The translations under genes and the position numbers were made by a program. From Octopus vulgaris (Eukaryota), in contig OX597834.1 in the NCBI GenBank assembly GCA_951406725.2, forward strand, positions 16,616,001 through 16,680,000: 64,000 nt of DNA, written 5' to 3'. Of this stretch, positions 40,689-52,771 are shown one piece after another. The notes under the pieces are model-generated. The model did no database searches, had not been told where the DNA came from, and saw nothing but the letters and a program-made list of their open reading frames with translations. Each line of letters begins with the position of its first letter. Within the stretch, counting starts at the first letter, position 1.

Positions 40689-40888
40689 AAACATGAAGTT
40701 CAAAAAGATTGTTGGTATTATTTGTTAACCACTACATGTGTTTCATTTGCTAAAAGTAATTAAAAAGTTGTACATGTTGGATAAACATGTTTAGCCAACA
40801 TGTACAAACTTCATAATTCCTATTAGCAAACGAAATGTGTGTAACGGTGGACAACTAACACCGGAAAAATTTTCCTAACTTCATGTTT
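40689..40888. mobile_element. Palindromic element with hammerhead 3' halves; same family as 7858-7966
   Basis: Centre ...catgttggataaacatgtttagccaacatg...; ends aaacatgaagtt and aacttcatgttt. The right arm reads ttcctattagcaaac-GAAA-tgtgtg-TA and the left arm (minus) tagcaaat-GAAA-cacatg-TA. Confidence 0.6.
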
Positions 40889-41074
40889 TTGATATAATAA
40901 TTACTCTGTAAAAAAAAATATTTCCAGAATTTTCAACCTGAATGCATACCTTACATAAACATAAATACAAACTGGACTGTATTACTGGAAGAAGCATGTC
41001 TGCTTCAAGAGGACACAGAACACAAGCTGAATACCTTCACCACTAAGTTAAGCATCTTCAAGATGATGATAATG

Positions 41075-41109
<35 letters not shown>

Positions 41110-41898
41110 TTCAAATTTAGGCACAAGGCCAGTAATTTTAAGGAGTAGGGGTTAGTTGCATGCTTATATATTCTTTGATTTTAAGTTTGAATGTTTTTGA
41201 AATATCTTAGGATTGAAGTTAATTTCATGTTAGATATTTGAGAAAGTAAAGTTTGTTGATTAGTCATCGTTAGAGATATCCACGCAAAATCTTGCAACTG
41301 GCAAATCAATTCCGTATATGTTTCATTAGTGCAGCATAGCAAGCAAACTTGCTAGTCTAAGCATTAATTATTCAACAAGTTGTTATTGTCTAGCTCCAGA
41401 CAGATCCTGATCAAGCAGACTTGCCACCAACCAGGACCATCTCTACAAGTGGAGGCATGTGGCATAGTGGTTAGGGTGTTGAACCCATGATCGTAAGGTT
41501 GTGGTTTCGATTCCTGTACCGGGTGATGCGTTGTGTTCTTGAGCAAAACACTTCATTTTCACATTGCTCCAGTCCACTCAGCTGGCAAAAATGAGCGATC
41601 CTGCGACGGACTGGCGTCCCGTCCAGGTGGGGAATTTCTATGCCATTGAAACTGGGAAACCGGCCCTTATGAGCCTGGCATGGCTTGAGAAGAAGGAAGG
41701 AACCATCTCTACATCGTACTCAATATGCTCTTTCTCTATTAGTAAAACAATAGAGTCTGTGATTGAGGAAAATTTAGCTGCTTTTGCTCATAAATTGCAA
41801 TATAACTGAATTAACTGTGTGTGTGTGTGCACACGCACAAGATGGTATAAACATATATATGTATATAAGCATATGTGTGCCTATATATATGTTCAAAA

Positions 41899-41939
<41 letters not shown>

Positions 41940-43257
41940 GATGTAACTCAAAGGGTTCCTGTAAGTATTCAATTGTTTAATATCAGTACAGTCCTTATTG
42001 AGCTCTTACTGGCCAGATGGGGCAATTTTGGCTGCATAGACATATGTTTTAGTTGAAGCACCTTCAATCATATAATGCAATGAGCCCTTCTTTTCTAAGT
42101 TACAGAAGAGATTTTAAGTAACTACATAGCAGCTCCCATGTTGCCATATCCCTCAATTAGTTTTCTATCTTATCTTTTTCAAAAATTTCACAATGCTTTA
42201 AAATGTTTAATAAATATACGATGGGTTGCGTCATGTTGATGGATTCTAAAAAGAATGAAATAGTGCTATACATTATTACCAAAGACTAGAAATTTTTAGA
42301 ATTTCATAAGTAAACAACAACAACAACAACCAAAAACAAACAACCAAATGTAAAATACATGCATTTTTTACATCCTTTTCCTTATTACTTCTAATCCTCT
42401 AATCCCCACCAAAGATTATGATGAAATGTTTATATCCCTTATATTATCTGTTACGAGATGTGTGTGTTTAAATATGTATGCTCGTTTCTTGTGTATATAT
42501 GTGCATTTGCATATATATATTATACATATATTTGTGTGTGTGTGTGTAAGACATACAAACAGTATCTATTGCAGTTCCATTATCATTTCCAGTGCACGAT
42601 ACCTTGAACAAGGGTTACCATGGCTTCGGGTTGACCAATATCTTATCACTATGATTTGATGGAAGGAAACTGAGCATAGATCCACTGTCCACACGTATAT
42701 GTGTGTGTGTGCGCGCGCGCGTGCTTTCCAATGTACATCAATGAAGGATATAAACATCGGTGAGAAAAATAAAAAAAAACCCAGATGCTCCACAAAGTGT
42801 TTCAGATAATTGCTGTTCTGCACTGAGCAAGGCAATTACATTCCCTTATCAGAAGGGTAATAAATCAGTGATCGGAGCTTTAGAAAACTATAGCCAATAA
42901 CCAGGACCCTATTGTTTACAAATTACGCTATAATAACTAAAATAACTATACGTCTATACATGTGTGTATAAGGATATAAACATCTATAAAGATATATATA
43001 TATATGTGGATATATTTTGTATGGTTTAATGCATTATATGAACAATAATGTCATTGGTTATAGGTTTCCAATGGACCAATCACTGCTTCAATGCATTTAC
43101 TAAGGCAGGAGCAGTAATAGCATATAATGGAGCATCTGTGCCACTCAAGCAGAACAAAAAGAAAACACAAAGTATTATCTTTTAAAGCACCAGTTTATTG
43201 ATCTCCTAGCTGATATTTATATTATTTTGCCAATAGATATCAGCTTAAGACATACGC

Positions 43258-43300
<43 letters not shown>

Positions 43301-43306
43301 CACATA

Positions 43307-44182
43307 CAGGGTGTGATGGGTAAATTTTATATTTTTAAATTCACACATGCACATTGTTTGTTTTTGATTTTGTTGACTACACAGTATAGTAGGGTCAGTT
43401 GGGCACTGTCTGTGAGAAAATAGCATCATGATGCAATTCACTCTTCCAGAAATTTGGAAGTGACATGCTGTACTGTTTAGCATTCGCACTGGAAGCTCCA
43501 ATAAAAACAGATGGTGAAGACACAGAACAACAGTTGGCTTGCCATGTCCCTAAAACATGTACTGAGTGTGATAAAAATCAAACACCCAGTCAAATCATGG
43601 TGTTTGGAGTGGTCACTGGTAATGGCAAAGTTAGGGTTCCATTCATCTTCTTACATGGCCTCACACTAAACATGGATGCCTACATCAAGTGCCTGGAGAA
43701 GGTAGTGTTGCCCTGGGTCAAGGGGGTGCCTGCTGGAAGACCTTGTGTCTGGCAACAGGACTCTGCACCATGCCACACAAGCAGGAGAACCCAGTCATGG
43801 CTATCAGACAATCTCTGCAACCATATCAACCCTAACATCTGGCCACCTAAATCACCAGACTGGAACCCCACCTCGTTATATGTGGGACGCAGCTGAGCGA
43901 GAGAGCAACAAAACTCTTTGTAACACCAAAGATGACCTGCAGGCAAGGATTATGGCAGTATTGACCAACTTAAACAAGGAGACCTTCCAGAAAAGTTACA
44001 GAAGATTCCGAAGTTGTCTGGCGGCTGTGGTTGAAGCCAATGGTGATTTTATTGAATAAATCTACTCTTTAGTACTTCAAGATATTTTTATGTAATTTTG
44101 ATAAATATATCTGTTAAAATGTGATGTCAGTGCTATTTTTATTTTTGCGCAATTTACACAACAATTTATTCACTGCAATCTG
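43307..44182 (+). mobile_element. Internally deleted Tc1/mariner element, maT (DD37D)-like
   Basis: TA|cagggtgtgatgggtaaatt ... aatttattcactgcaatctg|TA. The ORF remnant reads WQQDSAPCH...WPPKSPDWNP. Using PDCNPLDYY from the second copy, the second and third D are 37 residues apart. Confidence 0.8.
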
Positions 44183-44225
44183 TACCTATGTATATATACA
44201 TATATGTGTGTGTGTGTGTGCGCGC

Positions 44226-44259
<34 letters not shown>

Positions 44260-44399
44260 TTAAATTGGCTAGAGTTACTTAAGTATTTCGAAAGTTTTGT
44301 ACATGTCATTTATTAAAAGTTTCATTAAGTGCCTGGAACACTTAGCTCTTGATCCACTTATGTAATGTTACAACCAATTTACTGTTTGTATGTGTGTGG

Positions 44400-44473
<74 letters not shown>

Positions 44474-44592
44474 TCATACACACCCACACATTGGTTTCAA
44501 ATTTTGGTATAAAGCTAGCATGTTGAAGGGTCGGGAGAAAGTCGATTACATTAACCCCAATGTTTCACTGGTATTGATTTTATCAACCACAA

Positions 44593-44631
<39 letters not shown>

Positions 44632-45090
44632 CTTTTCTGCTATAGGCGCAAGGCCTGAAATTTGGGGGAGGAGGATAGTTGATTACATCGACCCCAGTGT
44701 TCAACTGGTACTTTATTTAATGACCTTGAAAGGTATGAACGGCAAAGTCAACTTTGGTTGATTTTGAACTCAGAGTGTATCAACGGGTAAAATACTGTTA
44801 AGTATTTTGCCTGGCATGCTAACGATTCTGCCAGCTTGCCACCTGAATAATAATAGGTTGAATTCCACTTGTTTATCATTAGTCAATTGGTCAACTATCT
44901 GGCCAACTTAGTTGGACAGATATTTAACCAATTGATGAGTCAATAAAGAAGTGGAACTGAACCTGTGCCTGTGCTATTATTATTATTGGCGTGATGCCTG
45001 TCCCAAGACATGACAAAATTTATTTCAACCCACGAATTCACATTCAGAAACTTGCAAACCAAATGGGAAAACAAAATGTGAAATACTTAC

Positions 45091-45228
45091 GCAATATAAG
45101 ATGAGTCAAAACACAAGCAAATATGTAAATACACAGAACAGATAAAGACAATATGAAGAGGTAGAAGTATCTATAGTTTCTCCTTCCGACACAATTGCCA
45201 ACCCATGGGCAGTGATGATCAAATCGAT
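45091..45228 (-). CDS. ZDHHC14: ZDHHC9/14/18-family palmitoyltransferase, DHHC-motif exon (138 nt, phase 1 to 1)
   Basis: Minus strand reads tttgtttcag|AT CGA TTT GAT CAT CAC TGC CCA TGG...ATA TTG C|gtaagt. Translation (D)[45 protein letters not shown](R) gives the DHHC catalytic motif followed by a TM helix. The symbol marks the family; orthology to 14 versus 9/18 is not resolved. Confidence 0.96.
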
Positions 45229-45519
45229 CTGAAACAAATGAAAAAGAAATGATTTAATTTTTAATTGGATTTAATTTATTAATCCAAACATACTTGCTCA
45301 GTAATATAAACCTGATTTCAAACATACAAATTATTACACCAATGTAATATTCTACGCAGAATGGCAAAAGAATATTTGCATCATTACTCGTCAAATGATA
45401 AGTAACACCATATGTATGTGTGTGTGTGTGCATGTATATATATATGTGTGTGTGTGTGTATACATATATATATGTGTGTGTATATATATATATGTATGTG
45501 TATATATATATATGTATGT

Positions 45520-45551
<32 letters not shown>

Positions 45552-45555
45552 ATAT

Positions 45556-45635
<80 letters not shown>

Positions 45636-45930
45636 ATATATGTATGTATGTATATATATGTATGTATGTATGTATATATATATATATCTATTTATATATA
45701 TATTTATTAATCAATATAGGGTGGCAAGGAAAATTTTGTAGAATTTTTTTGCCACCAGCGGCCCAGTGGGAAAAAAATTTAAATAGTCATAGACCATTTT
45801 TAAGTTCAACATTAACAATTAAGGAACGGCCATAATAGGCCATTCACCCACTAGAAATAACAGCCAAAGCTTCTACCGCAAATAAAGATTAATTCCGTAA
45901 ACAGGAGAAAATTAAAAAAACATTTACCCT

Positions 45931-46043
45931 GTTATTTCTTGTACGGTATACCGTTTCATCTGCTGTTTAATGGTAAACTAACCTGATTAAATTAAATCAA
46001 GCCAATCTTCCATAAGCCCTCAGATTCTTCAGCAAGAAATAGC
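45931..46043 (-). ncRNA. Type I hammerhead ribozyme, copy A
   Basis: UAUUUCUUG (stem I) CUGAAGA AUCUG...CAGAU (stem II, extended) GAAA CGG-UAUA-CCG (stem III) UA| CAAGAAAUA (stem I'). All core nucleotides are present; predicted cleavage after GUA between 45942 and 45941. Confidence 0.88.
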
Positions 46044-46416
46044 TCAAGTCGGAACAGATATTTACACGAGGCATACCCAATCCTGCCAAGGCAATATCTG
46101 ACCTAAAATTTTCAAATCGTCGCACTCGCGCCAAATTTATCGGCAGCAAATAAATCGTCGATTCCATTACGGAATTAACCAAAAAATTCATAATTAATCA
46201 ATATAGGGTGGCAAGGAAAATTTTGTAGAATTTTTTTGCCACCAGCGGCCCAGTGGGAAAAAATTTAAATAGTCATAGACCATTTTTAAGTTCAACATTA
46301 ACAATTAAGGAACGGCCATAATAGGCCATTCACCCACTAGAAATAACAGCCAAAGCTTCTACCGCAAATAAAGATTAATTCCGTAAACAGGAGAAAATTA
46401 AAAAAACATTTACCCT

Positions 46417-46529
46417 GTTATTTCTTGTACGGTATACCGTTTCATCTGCTGTTTAATGGTAAACTAACCTGATTAAATTAAATCAAGCCAATCTTCCATA
46501 AGCCCTCAGATTCTTCAGCAAGAAATAGC
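46417..46529 (-). ncRNA. Type I hammerhead ribozyme, copy B
   Basis: Same sequence as copy A. Predicted cleavage is between 46428 and 46427, 486 nt from copy A's site. Confidence 0.88.
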
Positions 46530-46938
46530 GTACAAGAAATAACAGGGTAAACCGTACAAGAAATAACAGGGTAAATGTTTTTTTAATTTTCTCCTGTTTA
46601 CGGAATTAATCTTTATTTGCGGTAGAAGCTTTGGCTGTTATTTCTAGTGGGTGAATGGCCTATTATGGCCGTTCCTTAATTGTTAATGTTGAACTTAAAA
46701 ATGGTCTATGACTATTTAAATTTTTTCCCACTGGGCCGCTGGTGGCAAAAAATTCTACAAAATTTTCCTTGCCACCCTATATTGATTAATTATGAATTTT
46801 TGGTTAATTCCGTAATGGAATCGACGATTTATTTGCTGCCGATAAATTTGGCGCGAGTGCGACGATTTGAAAATTTTAGGTCAGATATTGCCTTGGCAGG
46901 ATTGGGTATGCCTCGTGTAAATATCTGTTCCGACTTGA

Positions 46939-47051
46939 GCTATTTCTTGCTGAAGAATCTGAGGGCTTATGGAAGATTGGCTTGATTTAATTTAATCAGG
47001 TTAGTTTACCATTAAACAGCAGATGAAACGGTATACCGTACAAGAAATAAC
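46939..47051 (+). ncRNA. Type I hammerhead ribozyme, copy C (inverted arm)
   Basis: gctatttcttg CTGAAGA atctg...cagat GAAA cggtataccg TA| caagaaataac reads directly on the plus strand; predicted cleavage after 47040. Confidence 0.88.
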
Positions 47052-47166
47052 AGGGTAAATGTTTTTTTAATTTTCTCCTGTTTACGGAATTAATCTTTAT
47101 TTGCGGTAGAAGCTTTGGCTGTTATTTCTAGTGGGTGAATGGCCTATTATGGCCGTTCCTTAATTG

Positions 47167-47204
<38 letters not shown>

Positions 47205-47289
47205 AATATATATATGTGTATGTATATATTGATTCACGTGTTAAGGTCATCTCTACAGATTTTCTATAGAAATCATAGCCAGCACTGAT

Positions 47290-48137
47290 TCTGTTACGAC
47301 GTTTTGTATCTGAGACGTCAGATGTAAATAAACATGGAGATCAAAGATGAAAAAATGGGTAATGGACATATATGCCATATTTTGGTTACTTGTTTCCGCT
47401 ATGTTCTGTGGCAGTGAAATATGGCCTTTGACTACAGAGGACTTGTGAAGGCTTGAAAGAAATGAAGCCAGCATGCTCCACTGGATGGGTAAAGCTAGTG
47501 TGCACACGTAACAGAATGTAAATGATTTAAGAGGAAAACTGGGTATAAGATACATCAGATGTCATGTTCCCGAAACATGTACCAAGAGTGATAAAAATCA
47601 AATATCCAGTCAACATCATGGTGTTTAGAATGATCACTAGTGATGGTGACATGCCTCCATACTCAACACGGAGGCCTACATCAAGTGCCTGGGTCAAGAC
47701 GGTGGCTGCTGGAAGACCGTATGTCTGATAACAGGACACTGCACCATGCTACACAAGCAGGAGAACCCAGTCATGGCTGTCAGACAATTTCTGCGACCAC
47801 ATCACTCCTAAAATCTGGCTACCAAAACCCCCAGACTGCAACCCCCTTGATTATTATGTGTGGGTTGCAATTGAGCGAGAGACCAACAAAACTGCAGGCA
47901 AGGATTATGGCAGCATTGACTAACTTAAACAGGGAGACCGTCCAGAAGAGTTGCAGGAGATTCTGAAGTCATCTGGATGCTGTTGCTGAAGCCAATGGCG
48001 ATTTTATTGAATAAATTTACCCTTCAGTATTTCAAGATATTTTTATGTAATTTTGGCAGATATCTATGTTAAAATGAGATGTCATTGTTATTTTCATTTT
48101 TGCGTAATTTACACAACAATTTATTCACCACACCCTG
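47290..48137 (+). mobile_element. Second degraded copy of the same maT-like element (5' boundary approximate)
   Basis: Shares gcaccatgc.acacaagcaggagaacccagtcatggct and the 3' end ...aatttattcaccacaccctg|ta with 43307-44182; frameshifted. Confidence 0.75.
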
Positions 48138-50825
48138 TATATGGTGGGCTTCAATACAGTTTCCATCTAACAAATTTATGCTTAATCTGGAGCTATAATA
48201 GAAGGCACTTGCCTGTGCTGGGATTGAACCTGAAACCATGTAATTACAAAGCCATCTTCTTAACCTATCAGAAGGATGCTCCCCTCCATACATACATAGC
48301 CATCCAGTTGAAATCTAGTTCAGTAATGATGTGACTATTTTCAGCTAGACTGAACCAAAATATGTGGAAGAATATATTTTCTTCCCAACAAGGATAGAAC
48401 ATAATAGGTTTTCTGTGTGGGGTTTTAACTAGTAAATGACCTTGTAATTAACTGAGTAGTCAAACCACTGTGTACTTAATTAACACCAGCCTCTATGCTT
48501 TGTTACAGTTGTAGTTGCTGATTAAAAGATTAAAATTAATGATGTTGATTGCCATAGCTACCACCATGACCAAAACTACTGCTCAGTATCTAATATAACT
48601 TTTGGAAATTTAATATAAATTGTGTGTGTGTGTACATGCATGTGTGCATGAGTATGTGTGCACGTGCAAAGTGCTTCCTTTTATAAATTATATACATATG
48701 TGCATATATGATTCTGCTTTCAATTTCAAGGAGAAAATTAAAATAAGTCATTAAAATGTGGCCATGCTGGAGCACTGCCATGGGGAACTTTGGTCAAACA
48801 AATTGACCCTAGTGCTTTTATTTTTTTTTAAAGCCTGGTACTTATTCTGTTCACCCCTTTTGCCAAACAAGTGACAGGGATGTAAACACACCAACACCAG
48901 TTGTCAAGCAGGGAATGGGGGTGAGAAAAAACAAACACAAACACATACACACCCACCGACAATAGGCTTCTTTCCATTTCTTATTTCTTTATTGCCTACA
49001 AGGGGCTAAACATAGAGGGGACAAACAAGGACAGACAAAGGGATTAAGTCGATTACAACAACTCCAGTGCGTGACCGGTACTTAATTTATTGACCCCAAA
49101 AGGATGGAAGGCAAAGTCGACCTCGCGGAATTTGAACTCAGAACATAATGGCAGACGAAATACCACTAAGTATTTCACCCGGCGTGCTAACGTTTCTGCC
49201 AGCTCACCACCTTCTTTCCGTTTCTGTCAACCAAATCTACTCACAAGGCTTTGGTCAGCCCAAGGCTATAGAAGACATTTGCCCAAGGTGCCATGCAGTG
49301 GGACTGAACCCTGGCTGACTAAAGCCTTGTGACAGGATTTGGTAGACAGGAACTGTATGTATCTGTGTGTGTTTGTCTTTGTGTTATGTCTCCCACCACT
49401 GCTTGACAACCAGTGTTGCTTTGTTCACATCCCTATAACATAGCAGTTCAACTAAAGAAACCACAACAAAAGTAACCATGCTTTAAAAAATAATACTGAC
49501 TAAACCCTTTCACGGCAGTGCTCCAGCATGGCTGCAGTCCAATGACTGAAACAAGATAAACACACACACACACACACACATATACATATATATATATATA
49601 TGAAGGAGAATCCACCATATGTACACACACATATATGGGAGAGTCCATCACACAGCCACACACACACACACACACATGTATACACACACGCAATGCAATG
49701 AGTCATAGTCTCAAGCTAACAATGCTGTCTTGTTCCTAATCCACAGAGTTAAATAAAAAGAAATATCCTGAAGTCAAGCAACATTCCAAGAAGCCAACGA
49801 TATAGCAGCAGCAGCAGCATCGATAGCAGCAGCGCCATCATCACCAGTAGCAACAACAGCAGCAGCAGTAGATTCAACATCCCTAACAGCTAAACAGAAA
49901 CAAGGTAACACACAAATACACATGTGTGGGGGGGTTGTGCATATTACACATTCTTTTAGTGAAATTATGTTGATCGAGGTAGCTACTACTGCTTTTAATT
50001 AGTCTTTGTTATTTGGGAGTTTTTTTTCCCCTATTTTGTTATTTTGATTTTTGGTAAGTTAATGATGTTTTGTTGTGTGGGGTTTTTTTTTAATATTTTT
50101 GCTGAAAAATATTTATATATATATTTATTTTCTCCGTTCACGCCTGACCTTTATCTGAACTCAGATCTAAACAAAATCGGAAAGCAACAGAAACAAAAAT
50201 TGTTTCTATCAACATCAAAGGAACGGCTGGATGAGTAAGAAGCTTGATTCCCAACTATGTAGCTTAGGATTCAGTCCCATGGCACCTTGGGCAAGAGTCT
50301 TCTATTACAGCTCTAGGGATCAACCAATGCCTGGAAGGTGAATTCAGTAGGTGGAAACTGAAAGAAGCCAGTTATGTGTGCGTGTGTATGTGTGTGACTG
50401 GTCCTGTATTTTATTGATCCAGAATGATTGACCCCAGTGGAATTTGTACTCAGAATGTAAAAGAGCCATAAAGAATATTGCAGAGCATTTTTTTCTGATG
50501 CTCCAATGTTTATGCCTGATTTCCACCTTAAAAACCATCATTATCACCATCATCACTTAACATCTGCTTTCCATGCTGGCATGAGTTAGACAGTTTGACT
50601 GGAACTGATAAGTAGCAGAGCTTCACCAGGTTCCAGTCTGATTTTGGCTTGGTTTCTACAGCTGGACACTGTTCCTAATGCCAACAACTCCAAGAGTGTA
50701 ATGGGTGCCATTTACATGGCACCGATATCTGCCATGACAAGAATTTCAGAAGTACTATCTCCATGTCACTGGCAATGGTCACAACAACAGTTTTACTTGG
50801 TTTAATGATTCTTCTCAAACACAGC

Positions 50826-51010
50826 ATATTGCCAAGGTCTCAGTCACTTGTCATCGCCAATGTCTTGGTTAATTGTCATTGCCAAGATCTCATTGGTCAT
50901 TTGTCATTGCCAAGGTCTCAGTCACTTGTCATCACCAAGGCCTCGGTCACTTATCGTCAAGGTTTTGATCACTTGTCATCGCCAAGGTCTCGGTCACTTG
51001 TCATTGCTTC
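50826..51010. repeat. ~25-bp tandem repeat (gccaaggtctc.gtcacttgtcat) inside a SINE/LINE remnant
   Basis: About seven diverged units are visible. Confidence 0.7.
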
Positions 51011-51086
51011 CATGAGGCTCAACATTCAAAGATCATTTCAAAGATTATGCTACCGGTAACAGTCATGATAACAATTTCATGGGTGC

Positions 51087-51125
<39 letters not shown>

Positions 51126-51575
51126 CCTTTCTACTAAAGGTACAAGGCCTGAAATTTGGGGGGAAGGGGCCCAATCAATTACATTGACCCCAGTGTTTCA
51201 CTGGTACTTAATTTGTCGACCCTGAAAGGATGAAAGGTAAAGTCAACTTCGGTGATATTTGAACTCAGGACATAAAGCCAGAAAAAAAGCCACTAAGCAT
51301 TTTATCCAGCAATTATTCTGTCAAATCAATAATAATAATAATAACCCTTTCTAGTATAGGCACAAGGCCTGAAATTTGGAGGGAGGGGGACAGTGGATTA
51401 GATCAACCCCAGGACTCCACTGGTACTTCATTTCTCAATCCCAAAAAGATGAAAGGCAAAGTCAACCTTGACAGAATCTGAACTCAGAATGTAACAAGCC
51501 GGAAGAAATGCTGCCAAATATTTTGATTGATATGCTTACAATTCTTCCAGCTAACAACCTTAATAACACCAACAA

Positions 51576-51650
<75 letters not shown>

Positions 51651-51872
51651 TGATAATAATCCTCTCTATTGGAAGCACAAGGCCTCAAATTTGAGGGAAG
51701 GGATTAAGTTGATTACATCGATTCCAGTGTGTAACTGGTACTCATTTAATCAACCCTGAAAGGATGAAAGGCAAAGTCGACTTTGGTAGAATTTGAACTC
51801 AGAACGTAGTGGCAGATGAAATACCACTAAGCATTTCACCCAGCGTGTTAACGATTCTGCCAGCTCACCGCC

Positions 51873-51903
<31 letters not shown>

Positions 51904-52586
51904 TAATAATAATAACAATAATAATAATAATAATACATAAATGATTATTGAAGCTTAAAATGTGAGAAGAGAGGCAATATGATTAAGAAACACCACCTCA
52001 CACCCCATAGTTGTGGACTGCTTCTGGCAAAAATTCCAAGAAATTAAGATGTGACTGGTTCAAAGCAATACGATATAATATATATATTCTATGTAAGATA
52101 TCATATCTAATCTTGCTTTAAAATAAACCTCCCCTAAATCTCTAAAATTATGTTAGAGCAAGACTTGAAATAAATTTTCTTCCAAGTAGTGTTAATTTGA
52201 TTATTTGTATGTTCTCTGGTGTGTTAAAAATAATTTTCTGCTACACCGATCATCAAAAGTACACAAATAGATGACGTATCTTGCACAGAGACTGTCATAT
52301 ATAGATGTGTGTGTATGTGCGTTTGGTTGTGAATGCTAACACACTAAACTCTTGGCCCTTAGGCTATTGTTACTTCTGCCAAATATGGCTTTCAAATTTT
52401 GGCACAAGACCAGTAATTTCAGGGGAGGGGTAAATCAGTTATATCAACCCCAGTGTTTAACTGGTACTCATTTTACCAACCCCAAAAGGATGAAAGGTGA
52501 AGTTGATCTCGGTGTTATTTGAAATCAGAATGAATATATAGATGGACGATATACCACTAAGCATTTTGCCTGGTGTGTTAAATATA

Positions 52587-52625
<39 letters not shown>

Positions 52626-52724
52626 TATTTTAGCATTTTCTACCTTGTCTTATTTTCATTAAAAATCAATTAAAGGAACCGCTTGAAACGGGTGTAATGA
52701 ATTGGCACCTGTACATCTTTGTTA

Positions 52725-52771
<47 letters not shown>

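Larger units (their letters stand above)
45706..47171. mobile_element. Hammerhead-bearing tandem plus inverted repeat element (~486-bp monomer; retrozyme or Penelope pLTR-like) inserted in (TA)n
   Basis: The monomer start attaatcaatatagggtggc recurs at 45706 and 46193 (1.7 copies to 46529). After a short junction duplication, an inverted 1.3-copy array runs 46551-47171. Arms 45811-46433 and 46551-47171 differ, by eye, only in two homopolymer lengths. TA microsatellite flanks both sides. Confidence 0.85.

Noticed and set aside
45997-46191. 64-aa ORF (MNFLVNSVMEST...) in the hammerhead monomer, and the 101-aa version at 46680-46985
   Set aside because: No recognisable domain. The start differs between copies through a homopolymer indel, and the ORF overlaps the ribozyme core, so it is probably incidental.
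49747-49903. Apparent plus-strand exon (ccacag ... aag|gtaaca) with CAG repeats
   Set aside because: Stop codons occur in all three frames shortly after the acceptor.
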